Assembly (NCBI RefSeq): GCF_963506605.1
Contig: NC_083278.1
Location: 9,238,001 to 9,302,000 of the forward strand
Origin: Zootoca vivipara
Lineage: Eukaryota
Length of the DNA: 64,000 bases
Direction of reading: 5' to 3'
Positions 12,380-25,765 of the stretch are shown here, in pieces. Under the pieces are notes generated by a model. The model made no database searches. It was given only the letters and a program-made list of their open reading frames with translations, and had not been told where the DNA came from. Position 1 is the first letter of the stretch, and every line of letters starts with the position of its first letter. A program made the position numbers and the translations under genes.

Positions 12380-12736
12380 TAAAAGATAAAGGTAAAGGGA
12401 ACCCTGACCATTAGGTCCAGTTGCGGACAACTCTGGGGTTGCGGCGCTGATCTCGCTTTCCTGGCCGAGGGAGCCGGCGTACAGCTTCCAGGTCATGTGG
12501 CCAACATGACTAAGCCGCTTCTGGCGAACCAGAGCAGCGCACGGAAACGCCGTTTACCTTCCTGCCAGAGTGGTACCTATTTATCTACTTGCACTTTGAC
12601 TTGCTTTTGAACTGCTAGGTTGGCAGGAGCTGGGACCGAGCAACGGGAGCTCACCCCGTTGTGGGGATTCGAACCACCGACCTTCTGATGGCAAGCCCTA
12701 GGCCGAGTGGTTTAACCCACAGCGCTACCCGCGTCC
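12380..12736 (-). mobile_element. Sauria SINE
   Basis: Full length; TSD taagcatgtatagg (12366-12379 and 12737-12750). Confidence 0.9.
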
Positions 12737-14339
12737 TAAGCATGTATAGGATTGTGCTGTAAATGTAGCCTATGGGCTGTGAGCCTCATGATAGTGCTTC
12801 ATAGTCTTCTGAGTCGATTTTAAGCAGCAGGTTGCTACCTTTCCCTCAAACACGCACAAAAAACATGAAGGTGCGTAAGCTACTCTCATTCTGCACCTCT
12901 CCTAAACTGGACGCGACAATGACACAGTCATAGAAATGCAGTTGTGTACACTGCATCAACACAAATAGGGCTTTTTTCCTCTGTAACTGGGGAGAGAGAG
13001 GAGGGAATGATTTAGAAAAGCAGCAGGAAACCAAAGACAGAACGTTTTATGAATAATTAGATACCCACAGGCATTTGAGACTACCAATGGAACAGTATTG
13101 TACAGAACAAACAGGGCAACATTTTCAAGGAGGCCAGAACCAGCTCTGTGCTGAAATGATCCAGTGCAGGAAAAACGCTTACATAAAGTGGTTGAAAACG
13201 TCCCTTAAATCTAAGCACTCACTGAATGGACACTTCTCAGATTTTATTGTGTTGCAGGATAGTCGCTGAGAGGTGGACGTGCTTTATTGCCTAATGTACA
13301 CTTATAGGGTTGCTTCCAACTAAGGCTCCATACACCCTTCACCTCTAAAGGACATTTAAAGCACATTCCTTCCCTCAAAACATTCTGAGCACTGTAAATT
13401 AGAGTACAAAAATGATCAGCGTACCGGCGAGGCGAAACAGCATGATATGCCTAGGTGGACCAATGACCTGACTCAGAACAAGGCAGCTTTCTAATGCCCC
13501 TATCATAAGGATCCTGTCCTAAGGAGGAATGGGGAACCTGTGGCACTCCAGATTGCGTTGGAGTCCAGCCAGTGGCGTAGCATCGGTTGCCAGCACCCGG
13601 GTCCATGCAAAGGTGTGTGGTGTTTGGGAAGGAGGGAAAAGGGATGAAGTACACATACACATCCAACTGCCTAATGGCTTCTGCGCCACCCAGCAGAATG
13701 TAGCCGCAGAGTCGTTTCCTTGTCTGGAGAAGGGTTCGCATGGATCGGTTTTCAACTGACCCCTGTGTTGGAAATGTGCAGAGGTAGGCGTTGAAATTTC
13801 ACGCCCCTAACCATTTTGCACCCACGGGAAACGCCCCTGTGCCCCCAGTGCTAAGCCACTGAGTCAAACTCCCATCAACCCCAGCAGCATACTCAAAGGT
13901 CAGGAATTATGTGAGTCATAAGTGAGGAACATTTGGGGGACGACAGGCTCCCCATCCCTGTTCTGGTACTTATCCTAGGAAACTCAGATGAATGAATGAA
14001 TCCTCTAGGGTTGTGGGGGAGATGACGTAGGAGGAATCTATAACTCACTTGTCTTCATTATTCATTACACAGGTACATTCAGGATTCCCCAAACTTGCCC
14101 ATTTCCTGTTTGTTTGAGACATTTGTGTACTGCCTCTCAGTCAAAACTCTGGGATGGCCTACAACAAACAGATAAAAATAAATAAATATAAAGAACAAAC
14201 AATAAACATAAAAACAAACAGCAACTGAGAATGAGTCGTAAAATTCAGCAGAATGGGTTTTATTTATTTCCTTCCAATTTATGAATCCTGTCCTATGGAA
14301 CATTTCAAAGTGTCAGGAAAATAAAAGCATCCGCAATTT

Positions 14340-14822
14340 TTTTTATTTAAAAAAACACAATTTCATATATATATATAAACCAATTGAAACAATTTCGTGT
14401 ACCAGAACAATTTCATATCCAATACAGTTGCAGAATGGGATTAAAAAAATATATCCCCACTTCAAAGGCTGGTTGAAAAAGGAAGGTCTTCATTAGGCGA
14501 CAAAAAGGCAACAGAGATAGTTCCCATCTGATACGTCACAGGAGGAAGTTCCAAAGGGGAGGGCCCTGCTACACTAAATGCTGTTTATCACATTGTATGG
14601 AACAGACCATCTGAAGGGAATGTTATCTACAGGAGAGAGACCATCCCTGCAGAGCATAGTCATTTATGGGGCGTATAAGAGGCAACACAATCTCTTAGGT
14701 ATCCTACACCCAAGCTATATGGGACTTTGCACGCCAACACCAGCACCTTCAGCTTAACCTCCCAGGGGATTGGTAGCCAGTGAAATTCTTGCAGCAGCAA
14801 CAGAATATGATGATGGCCTGCC
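14340..14822 (-). mobile_element. Older L2 3' fragment
   Basis: On -: HILLLLQEFHWLPI...KVLVLACKVPYSLGVGYLRD. Confidence 0.6.
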
Positions 14823-14924
14823 CCGTTAGGGGCGGCGTGTCTTGTTTTGCTTCCTGAGGCGAAACAGAAAGGTGCTGCACTGCCCCTGCCTTCCCACAAC
14901 TGCGTAAGTCCCCTCCTCTCCAGG

Positions 14925-15268
14925 CATACCTGCCAAGTTGCTGTCAGAGAAATAAGGGACCGGGCGGAAATAGCAGACCGGAAGTAGCGCTGCCGCCATT
15001 TTGGAACTGGGCGGAGCATGCTCAGAAGTGACTTTTGATGCTGCTTTGCCCAGTTCCAAAATGGCCTCCGCGCCAGAAGTCGCACTGCAGCCATTTTGGA
15101 ACTGGGCAAAGCAGCATCAAAAGTCGCTTCTGAGCATGCTCCACCCAGTTCCAAAATGGCCGCCGCGCCAGAATAAACCGGGAAAAAACAAAAAAATCCA
15201 TTTTTTCAGCTAGGAACAGCTGGAAAAACGGGGATTTCCTGGGGGAAACGGGAGACTTGGCAGCTATG
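14925..15268. mobile_element. Non-autonomous hAT element with internal nested palindromes
   Basis: TIRs CATACCTGCCAAGT / ACTTGGCAGCTATG; 8-bp TSD tctccagg (14917-14924 and 15269-15276). Confidence 0.85.
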
Positions 15269-16069
15269 TCTCCAGGGTTTCCCCCAAGCAATCTGAGACG
15301 GCTTCTCTGTGCCTGCCTTTGCTCCTTCCAGTTCATGTCTCTCCTGGTTCTGGGAGACCAGGCAGGAAGGGAGCTGGTAGCAGTGGGAAGGGGAGATGTC
15401 CATGCGTCTTCATCAGTGTGACTCCTCTCTGCCTCTCTCCTCTGCTGCTGAGGGGGAGACACCCATGCCTCATCTCTACCGCTTGGCTGCCTCCTCCTGC
15501 TTCCACTTCTGCCTCTTATTCTAGACTTCTCTCTGCCACAGACTCTCCCTGCTCACTCACCCCTGGTACCCCTTCAGCTTCCAACACCTCCTCTTCCCAG
15601 TCTTCTCTCCCACCACTCCCCGGCTCTGAGCCGCCTTCTCTTGGGGGTTCCCCAGCTAGTGCCTCCCATCATTCCTCTGCGTCTAACCAGTCCCTGACAC
15701 TGCCCCAGTCAGGGGTGGCGCCTCTCATTTTGTTGCCTGAAGGGAAATGGGAAGGGAGTGTGCCACCAGTGGGTCCCGGTGAGATCTCACAGAACTGTTG
15801 TGAGATCTTGAGGAGTGCCCGAGATCTTGTGAGATCCACCGGCTCTGCCTCATGGGCTTCTGTCACCCAAGATGGCTGCCTCAGCCTGTCTCATGGCTGG
15901 GCCGGCCCTGGCCCCAGGGAGCAGCCCAGCCACCGACTGCACTTTGCACTGCCTTCAACTTCCAATCTCAGGGGCAGCCCCGCCTAGAGCTCATTAGAAT
16001 AGTCCATCCTAAAGGTGGCCAACATGGGGTCTGTTGCTCCAGAAATGGCGATGCCTATCTAACCAGCCT

Positions 16070-16710
16070 GGCAAATAGAAGGGGAAGATATGGAGGCAGT
16101 GAGAGATTTTACTTTCCTGGGCTCCTTGATCACTGCAGATGGTGACAGCAGTCACGAAATTAAAAGACGCCTGCTTCTTGGGAGAAAAGCAATGACAAAC
16201 CTAGACAGCATCTTAAAAAGCAGAGACATCACCTTGCCCACAAAGGTCCGTATAGTTAAAGCTATGGTTTTCCCAGTAGTGATGTATGGAAGTGAGAGCT
16301 GGACCATAAAGAAGGCTGATTGCCGAAGAATTGATGCTTTTGAATTATGGTGCTGGAGGAGACTCTTGAGAGTCCCATGGGCGGCAAGAAGTTCAAACCT
16401 ATCCATTCTGAAGGAAATCAGCCCTGAGTGCTCACTGGAAGGACAGATCCTGAAGCTGAGGCTCCAATACTTTGGCCACCTCATGAGAAGAGAAGACTCC
16501 CTGGAAAAGACCCTGATGTTGGGAAAGATTGAGGGCACAAGGAGAAGGGGACAACAGAGGACGAGATGGTTAGACAGTGTTCTCGAAGCTACGAACATGA
16601 GTTTGACCAAACTGCGGGAGGCAGTGGAAGACAGGAGTGCCTGGCATGCTCTGCTCCATGGGGTTCATGAAGAGTCGGACACAACTAAATGACTAAACAA
16701 CAACAATAAC
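16070..16710 (+). mobile_element. RTE-BovB LINE 3' fragment
   Basis: ORF EAVRDFTFLGSLITADGDSSHEIKRRLLLGRKAMTNLDSILKSRDITLPTKVRIVKAMVFPVVMYGSESWT...; (CAA)n tail. Confidence 0.92.
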
Positions 16711-18794
16711 ATCTTACCAGCCAAAGCTAGTAAAAGGCACTTGCTTAGATGCAGGACAGAGGGGTCTGTGAGTGTTTGCAGAAACTAGCCTGCTGTACAA
16801 AGGTAAAATTAGCAGGTGTTGATTCACCCACTTTTGCCTCTGGTTCAGCCCATCACAGGCTGAAAAAGGTTCTTCACCCCAGTGCCCTTTACTGCCCTTC
16901 CTTCATTTCCCATTATTCTGGAAAAGGTCTTGATGTCTGGACCTCCCTCAATCAGCCTACGTGCTCCTGAATTGTCCTGAAGTGCTGTCAGCCAGCTGCT
17001 CCCATCTAATCCCCAACCCAAGCTGCAAACTGGGCTTCATCCAGTTCCTTTCCACACCAATTACGGAGAGCAGCACCAGCAGTCCAAGCTTGCATTAGCC
17101 TGGTGCCGGTCACAGGAGAGACCCCCATCTCTTTCCTACAGAGCAGCCAGCCAGCTTTCCCCCCAGTTGTGAATACGGCCGTTCTTCCGCTACTGTACTT
17201 CTAATTTTAGGGTTTCTCCTCCCTCGTGAAAACCCCCAAATAAGGCGAACTCGTAAAAGAGCTGAAAAGCCCAGCCTTTCCCTTCCCACTCCATATTTGC
17301 TCAGCTCCATCTGATGTAGAGCTCATGATCTCGTTAAATAGATTGATATTTACAGCCCACAGAAAGCTCGTTTGAAAAATCACAGTGATCGAGTCGTGAG
17401 CTTACATGGGGAAATGTATTGGGGGAGCTGGGGCATGATTGATTATGCAAGCAGTATTCCAAGTGGGAAAGGGTTATCTTGGTAACATCCTCTCCTTTGC
17501 TAATGTTCCCTGGCTCACAGACCCTGGGAGCCCACTGGGGAAGTGTTCCAGCTAAAACTGGGTCACTGTCATTTATGAGGACCACCAAGTACAGACCTAT
17601 TGCAGCTCCCTCTCTTGCCCAGTGCATGTTAGCTTAAATATTTCAGATTCATTTTTCTTCTTCTTGGCAATGTGGTGCCTTTATGCTTTCACAGCGCTGT
17701 GCACCGGGTTCGTAAGGGCTGGGAGGTACTCAACAGACATTTGAATATTCCCTTTTAGATAGAACAGCCATGTTTCTAGGCACCAGCATGCCATAGACAT
17801 GGGACCACATAGGTTTCCTAGGAATATTCAGATTTTTATTTTGTTCCTGCCATTTATGAAAGACTTTACTAAAAGCAAGCAAAACAAAGGTGGTCAGGAG
17901 GCATTAAAGAAATATTATTCACCTGGGATTATGGGCGTCCGGTTGTCTTTTAGCGAACGATTCTCTGCAACATGGAAGTTTTCAATAACTCGACTTTTTG
18001 CTTTGTTCACCCAATTCTCTCTGTTCTCCGAAGCATCACTGGACTAGGCTGGGCGGCCTGTTTGTGAAAAACACATTGGGGATGTGGAAAAACGGAGGAC
18101 GTTGCTCTGCCAACATCACCATTAATCCCTTCCCTAAAAACACACACGAGCACAGGGGGAAAGTTCCTGTTCAGGTAAGAAAATCTTAAAATGCAGGGAG
18201 AATAAGGTTTGTTCCTTGAGCAGAAATGCAGCGAACCTCAAGTAATTCAAGCACATATTCTAAACCAAGTAGTTACTTGGCCCATTTTGCAAACAAATCT
18301 ATTGATCTCAAAGCAAGCTCCAGGACGCGCTTCAAACATCTTGTAGAAAACTCCTCTGTTTTATGCACTTCCCCTCAAACCAGCTACCATTTGATTAGAA
18401 AACGGAAGCCACGGTTAAGCTGAGGTGCGAACAACAGGATAGCAAAAATGGATTCTATGCACCCTAATGGTTGCTAATTACTGATGAATTGGAAGACTAT
18501 ACAATTCCCCTTAATAAATGGCTTGACAACATCGGCAACATATATGAATGGACAGCTTACAGACACAGACTTCGTTTGGATAAATACAATGCAATTTAGA
18601 ATGAGTGTATGCAGAATGTATTAGGTTACTGACAATGATATGTGCATTAGGATAATAAGAATATACACCTGTTTATAAATGTATGGGAATGTAACAGTAT
18701 ATTTTTCTTTTTTCATTCTCATTTACTTTTTTCATTCTATATTTTTATAAATGAAATTATCTTAATCAAATATTAATAATAAAAATAAAAACCT

Positions 18795-19751
18795 GAGGTG
18801 TCTCCTCATCCTGGAGAGTAGTGACTAGTGGGGTGCCACAGGGTTCTGTCTTGGGCCCAGTCTTATTCAACATCTTTATCAATGACTTGGATGATGGGTT
18901 TGAGGGCATCCTGAGCAAGTTTGCAGAAGACACCAAATTGGGGTGGTGGTGGCTAATACCCCAGAGGACAGGATCACACTTCAAAATGACCTTAACAGAT
19001 TAGAGAACTGGGCCAAAGCAAACAAGATGAATTTTAACAAGGAGAAATGTAAAGTACTACACTTGGGCAAAAAAAATGAAAGGCACAAATACAGGATGGG
19101 AGACACCTGGCTTGAGAGCAGTACATGTGAAAAGGATCTAGGAGTCTTGGTAGACCACAAACTTGACATGAGTCAACAGCGTGATGCAGCAGCTAAAAAA
19201 GCCAATGCACTTCTGGGCTGCATCAATAGGAGTATAGCATCTAGATCAAGGGAAGTAATAGGATCACTGTATTCTGCTCTGGTCAGACCTCACCTGGAGT
19301 ACTGTGTCCAGTTCTGGGCACCACAGTTCAAGAAGGATACAGACAAGCTGGAACGTGTCCTGAAGAGGGCAACGAAAATGGTCAAAGGCCTTATGAGGAA
19401 CGGCTTAGGGACCTGGGTATGTTTAGCTTGGAGAAGAGAAGGTTAAGGGGTGATATGATAGCCAAGTTCAATTATATAAAAGGATGTCATATAGAGGAGG
19501 GAGAAAGGTTGTTTTCTGCTGCTCCAGAGAAGCGGACACGGAGCAATGGATTCAAACTACAAGAAAGAAGATTCCATCTCAACATTAGGAAGAACTTCCT
19601 GACAGTAAGAGCTGTTCGGCAGTGGAATTTGCTGCCAAGAAGTGTGGTGGAGTCTCCTTCTTTGGAGGTCTTTAAGCAAAGGCTTGACAGCCATATGTCA
19701 AGAATGCTTTGATGGTGTTTCCTGCTTGGCAGGGGTTTGGACTGGATGGCC
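18795..19751 (+). mobile_element. CR1 LINE 3' part (RT and C-terminus, frameshifted)
   Basis: [22 protein letters not shown]...KFAEDTKLG; FNKEKCKVLHLG; LVRPHLEYCVQFWAP; SLEKRRLRGD. Confidence 0.92.
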
Positions 19752-20375
19752 AACTTATTCGAAATGCCCCTGGTCCTCAGAATTTACTCTAATCCACACG
19801 CCTCACTAGCCCTGTTATTGCCGTACTGGAAAGTGACCTTGAACACTGATAATGCTTCTTGACTGCTTGGAGGATAGAGGGCTGTGTGTGTGTGTGTGGA
19901 AGCTAACCTACTGCACAGAGGTAAAATGGACACCTATTGCATATCATGTGGCCTCTGGAAGGCAGCCCCAAAAGGGAATGCAGCCCTGAGGCTCAAAAAG
20001 ATTCTACATCCCATATTAGAACCTTGCATGACACATGCCTTGGAAAGAATCCAAAATATAACTCTGATATTGACGCATTCGTTTATTTTAAATTTTTGGC
20101 TGGTTCCATAATTGTTAAATTGAGCAACAGTGTTTGCAATGAGTCAATGTGAGTCAATTTCAGCGGAAACATTCACCTTAACCTACTCTTTTGCTCATGT
20201 GTGTAAAGATGAAGAGGGACATGCTTCATAGAATCTGTCAAACTAAAATGTACCTAACTTTAAAAATTAAGATAAAAATCACACACACACATATTTTGGA
20301 GGCAAGCTTCAGATCTTTGCCTGCTATTCCAGCAGTCCTTGCAGTGCGGGGAGCTAGGGACTTTTAGACCCTGTA

Positions 20376-20610
20376 CAGTGGTACCCCGGTTTTCGAACGT
20401 CCCCGTTGACGAACATTTCGGTTTTCAAACGCCGTAAACCCAGAAGTAAATGCTTCAATTTCCGAACACGCCTTGGAAGTTGAACACGCTATGTGGTTTC
20501 CGTATTGAGTTTTCTCTATTGAGGGTTCCATATTGAGTTTTTGGTTTTCAAATGTTTCAGAACTCAAAAGGTCTTCTGGAACGGATTACATTCGGAAGCC
20601 GAGGTACCAC
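20376..20610. mobile_element. Tigger-like MITE
   Basis: TA|CAGTGGTACC...GAGGTACCAC ends. Confidence 0.7.
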
Positions 20611-21081
20611 GACTTATAGGGGCTCTCCTTTAGACAGGCATGTGTATGACTTCATTGGTGAAGCATGTCAGAATTCCCTACTCTCCTCTCCACACCCATG
20701 TGCACCTCACATTTTCCCCCATCTGCTCCAGGGGGTTGGCAAAACCTCCAGAACAGATTTAGAGAGTCGACATGTAGGAAAAGAGGAAGAAAGCATTATG
20801 CTGCAACCCTATGTTTTTATATTCTGCTGGCAGCTACCCAGAGTGGCTGGGGAAACCTAGCCAGATGGGCGGGGTATAAATAATAAAAAATATTATCATC
20901 ATTATAGTTTTAAAGAAATAATAATAATAAAATGGCGCCTGTAACCATTTGCATGCCTGCCTCACTGCCCCGAATAGTATTTTTGTTTTGTTTTGAAAAA
21001 TTAGAATAAGAATAAGTAAAGGATGCTATAGCCTCAGCCCCAGTGAGGAATGGGGGAAATTTATAACTTAGCTTAAAGACC

Positions 21082-21159
21082 ATTGTAAACAGTTAAAATC
21101 CTTAGTATGATTGGAATATCACTTGGAGTTTAAGGGTGAATTCTGGACACAACGGAGAT

Positions 21160-21209
<50 letters not shown>

Positions 21210-21301
21210 TGTAAACAGTTAAAATCCTTAGTATGATTGGAATATCACTTGGAGTTTAAGGGTGAATTCTGGACACAACGGAGATGTAATAATAATAATA
21301 A
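21082..21301 (+). repeat. 79-bp direct duplication, each unit followed by (TAA)n
   Basis: attgtaaacagttaaaatcc...caacggagatg occurs at 21082-21160 and 21208-21286. Confidence 0.9.
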
Positions 21302-21692
21302 TTTTTTTATTTATACCCCGCCCTTCCTGGTCCAGAAACCAGGCTCAGGGCGGCTAACAACAAATATAAAACATTGATTAAAAACGACTTTAAAACAGCT
21401 TAAAAACAACAAAATACAACATAAATATAGCATCGCCAGGGCTAACTAGCCAAGTTAGTCCTGCTAAGGCCAGCAAGGAGACCAGGGAAATATTTACATG
21501 TGGGGACCCAGAAAGGTTTCTTCATAGAAAAAGGGAAGGGAAAAAGGAATGGAGGATCAGGCTAAATTGAAGGCCAGGTGGAATAGCTCTGTCTTACAGG
21601 CCCTGCGGAAGGAGATCAAGTCCTGCAGGGTCCTAAGTCTCATGGGACAGAGCATTCCACCAGGTCGGTGCCATCACTGAAAAGGCCCTGGC
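21302..21692 (-). mobile_element. L2-like LINE 3' end (different subfamily)
   Basis: On -: cagggccttttcagtgatggcaccgacctggtggaatgctct...gggcggggtataaat. Confidence 0.65.
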
Positions 21693-21865
21693 ATTTTCAT
21701 AAAAGATTATCATAAAAGATGCAGGAGGAAATGATTAATAATAGGACCCACAAAGGGGAGGAAGGAAGCCCAGGAGATTCCTTGGAATCTTGTTTTTATG
21801 ATTTATGTCCGATATATTTCTGTAAAATTTTAACGTGAAAAACCAAAGAAATAAATTCATATATA

Positions 21866-22101
21866 CAGCCGTACCTTGGTTTTCGAACAGCTTAGCTCTC
21901 AAACGTTTTGGCTCCTGAATGCCGCGAACCCGAAAGTGACTGTTCCGGTGCGCAAACTATTTCTGGGAGCCAAACGTTTGACGGGACTTCCGCAGCTTCC
22001 GATTGGCTGCAGGAGCTTCAGAAGCCAGAAGCTTTGGTTTCTGAATGTTTTGGAAGTCAAACAGACTTTTGGAATGGATTCCGTTCGACTTCCAGGGTAT
22101 G

Positions 22102-22105
<4 letters not shown>
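21866..22105. mobile_element. Tigger-like MITE followed by (GT)n (22106-22151)
   Basis: Similar to 3283-3570. Confidence 0.7.
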
Positions 22106-22152
<47 letters not shown>

Positions 22153-22478
22153 AAATCAGAAACTACCAACTGTCCAGGCCTACCTGGAAGCATGTCCTGC
22201 TGGTGTATATAATACAGTATGTCAAGTCCAAAGTTCAGCAGTCAGGAAACAAAGTCTACAGTCGAATCTGAAGCAGCGTCTCCTAGCAGTGCTGGAGCAT
22301 CTTTTAAGAAGGTCTTTTAAGAGGGGCAGCTCTGCTTCCCTTTTATACCTTGCATGTTGTTGCAGCGTCTGGGCTTGACGATGCAGATGACCCTCACCTG
22401 CCCAAAGCCAATTCCAGCTGAGGAATCACACACCTCCTCCCCAGCTAATAAGCCCCACCTTTCCTGCCCCAGCCTTTC

Positions 22479-23178
22479 TTTCTTTTTCTTTTTTATAAAG
22501 CATTTTATTGAATTTTCCAATTAAACACATTTAAAACAATAAACAAAACAAACAAACATTCAAAAACAAATACAACACGCACAACTATCTTTTTAACAAT
22601 TCTTTCCAAATTTCTCCCTCTCAATGCTCTGCCGAGCTTGACTTCCCTCCCTCCCCTCATTTGGTTTTCTATTCAGTTCTTATCTCGCAGTTCCTTTATT
22701 CCATCCATTTAAAATCAATTCGTAGGATTTATGTCAGTCCTGCAAGTGTCTTTAAACTTCTACAGTTCTTTTCCATATAGTCCACAAATTTACTCCAGTC
22801 TTTTTGGAACCTTGTTTCCCCCTGGTTCCGGATCCTGCTAGTCAGTCTCGCTAATTCCGCATAGTCTATCATTTCTGTCTGCCGCTCTTCAATCGTCGGT
22901 AAATCCTGAGTTTTCCATTTTTGGGCTAACAAAGTCCTAGCCGCAGTTGTCGCATACAAAAATATTATATAGTCCTCCTTTGCAATCTCTTGTCCAATAA
23001 TTCCTAATAAGAATGCCTCTGTTTTTTGGGGAAAAGTATATTTAAAAATCTTTTTCAGTTCATTATATATCATTTCCCAAAATCTTTTAACTTTTTCGCA
23101 CTTCCACCACATATGATAAAAGTCTCCTTCCTTCTCATTACATTTCCAGCACATTTTATTACTCATTCTATACATTTG
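22479..23178 (-). mobile_element. 5'-truncated L1 insertion
   Basis: CWKC-x8-HMWWKC zinc knuckle; poly(A)-like tail; 16-bp TSD cctgccccagcctttc (22463-22478 and 23179-23194). Confidence 0.9.
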
Positions 23179-23583
23179 CCTGCCCCAGCCTTTCAGGGCC
23201 GTACCTACCACTGCTCCCCAGGCCCCAAAGCCCACCATGTTCATGGAGGTGGTGGCTTCTCTGGCTCCGATGTGGGGTTCTGTTCATCTGGTCCCTGCAC
23301 ACTGACCCCGAAATCAGATGTCCTGGCAGGAAACCGGTGCATCAGAACCGGGTTGCAAGACACCAGTTCCCTCTGAGAGAGGAGGAAGGGGACAGGGATT
23401 TAAAGCTTAGCACGGGATGCGATGGAATGGGATGGGCGGAATTCAGTGTATCACTAAGGTGAACATTTCGGCAGTGCAAGGATTTCTCCTTGTGCGATTG
23501 AATGCTCTCCCCCTCTCCTCCCCACCCTCTGAATCTCTGCTGCTGCACCAAATTTGGGGATGGCATCTCAAGAGGTTGACGAA

Positions 23584-23798
23584 TAGGGTTGCCAGACTCA
23601 TTAGAGGACAATACTTCTGTGCCTTTAATTGCCCTGCTCTCTTTTGAGTCTGGAAACCTTAAAGAGAAACCAGCAGACTCTTTGTTTAATTTCCAAGCAA
23701 AGGGTCTGCAGGTTTCTCTTTAAGGTTTCCAGACTCAAAAGAGAGCAGGGCAATTAAAGGCACAGAAGTCCTGTCCTCTATTGAGTCTGGCAACCCTA
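23584..23798. mobile_element. hAT fold-back MITE
   Basis: TAGGGTTGCCAGACTCA TIR extends to about 100-bp arms; TSD ttgacgaa / ctgacgaa (7 of 8 match). Confidence 0.88.
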
Positions 23799-24280
23799 CT
23801 GACGAACACACAGAGAATGGGCAGATGGACAAACCCAGACCCTCCAAGTGTCCTTATTTTCCAGGGACAGTCCTGGATTTCCAGAAGCCATCCCGGTTTC
23901 TGATTTGATCCTGGAATGTCCTGCTTTTCCTTAGGACGTCTGTATTTTCATCAGAGAAATGTTGCAGGGTGTGGAGTTATGCGACTTCCCCAAGCCAAGG
24001 AGATCAGTAACTACACAACCTTTAGAAGACATCTGAAGGCAGCCCTGTGTAGGGAATGTTTTTTAACGTTTAAATGTTTTATTATGCTTTTATATATGTT
24101 GGAAGCCGTCCAGAGTGGCTTCCAGTCAGATGGGTGGAGTATAAATAATAAAATTGTTGTTGCTGCTTCTGTTGTTATTGAAAACGACATCCCTATTTTC
24201 ATCAGAAAAATGTTGAAGGGATGCAAACTACTTTGGAAAATATATAGTAGAGATATCTGGCTTGTATGATGTCTGCTGTA

Positions 24281-24519
24281 CAGTCATACCTTGGATCCTG
24301 AATGCCTTGTGAATCGAATGTTTTGGCTCCCGAATGCCGCAAAGCTGGATGTGAGTGTTTCGGTTTGCGAACGTTCTTTGGAAGCCAAATGTCTGACGCT
24401 GCTTCTGATTGGCTGCAGGAAGCTCCAGCCAATCAGAAGCCACGCCTTGTTTGTCGAACGTTTTCAGAAGTCAAACAGACTTATGGAATGGATACCTTTT
24501 GACAACCGTGGTACGACTG
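24281..24519. mobile_element. Tigger-like MITE
   Basis: TA|CAGTCATACC...GGTACGACTG|TA. Confidence 0.8.
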
Positions 24520-25765
24520 TATTGCTATTATTATTATTTTTGCTGGAACTGCTTTAGTGAAGGGTTGTTAAAAGAAATACCGGTAATAACAAGTAAAAAC
24601 TTCTGAGTTTATAAATGGAAAGGGTTAAAGAGGGAAGGGTTGATTAAGAATCAGGGTCACTTTCCCAAAGAAGCTGTTGCTGGTGTGCCCATCTCCCTAA
24701 AACATGGCTTTGTGGGGTATGTGCGTTTTTGCAAGAGGAATTGCATGCGGCCCTGGGCTCATGTATACAGACTGCTTCAAATACGGCTTCTGCTCTTACT
24801 GCTGTTCCCAGCACTAGCTAACCATGGAACTGGCACCATCTCCCCCTTTATTCCACTAACCCTGCAACCTGCATCCGTGGTCCTCGGGGCACACTCTGGG
24901 GAATAGCATTCCTCAGTTCAGTCGCTCTCTGTTGTTGCTGGGAATTTGCTCGTTTTCAGCCCCCCCCCTTTTACATTTCTAACTCACTGCACAAGCTGTC
25001 TGCAGTAATTAAATGTTGTAATGTGGCTTTAAGGCTTTCTGAGGGGTCTCCACCAACGGTGGTGGTAGTGGTGGGGGGAGAACCACCTCACCAAAGCCTG
25101 GGGCCTGATCCCAACTTTACTTCAGCTTGAGAAAGGGGCAAATTAGATGTGACGGCAGGATACCTGTGCATCAGAACTGGGTTGCGAGATGCCGATTCTC
25201 TCGAAAGGAGGAGGACGGGGAGGGGGATTAGAGCATAGCATGGGGTGGGGTGGGCACAACCCTCCCATCGCCATGTGCCCACTGATGGGATTATAAGACT
25301 GGAAGTAGATTTCCACAGAGATGTACCATTGCAACTTCCCCCAAGCTCATCTAGCTTCCTAGCGAGGAATTGCTCCCAAGGCACTATCTTGTGAGTTTCT
25401 TGCATTCTGCATTTCTAGAACTGTCATTTTTACATTGCCCAGGTTTAATTCTGATAAGAGGAAGTGGCTTCTTTGTAGGCATCTTTCCAACTTCATTTAT
25501 GCAATTCAATCTTTATTATTTTTTAAAAATATACATTTATACAACATTCTCCGTTTTGTGAGGTATACAAAGTATTTTTGCTTCAGTTGCCATCATTTTC
25601 TTTTTTGCTGCCAACTTCATTTATGGCTGAGGTGTCGCCTAACTCTTAACCTGCTGTTGTGTGTATACTACCTCCAGATTATAAACAGAGAGAACCAAAA
25701 ATTTTTACTTTATCTTTTTAAAGAAACTGTGATAAAGATGTGTTAACCGGTTTGGGATGCCTAGC

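Noticed and set aside
14995-15165. Repeated palindromic units resembling a CRISPR array
   Set aside because: Eukaryotic DNA; units are inverted and lie inside a TSD-bounded hAT element; no unique spacers or cas genes.
15319-15987. 222-aa Ser/Pro-rich ORF
   Set aside because: Low-complexity, GC-rich frame crossing repeat-like segments; no recognisable protein.
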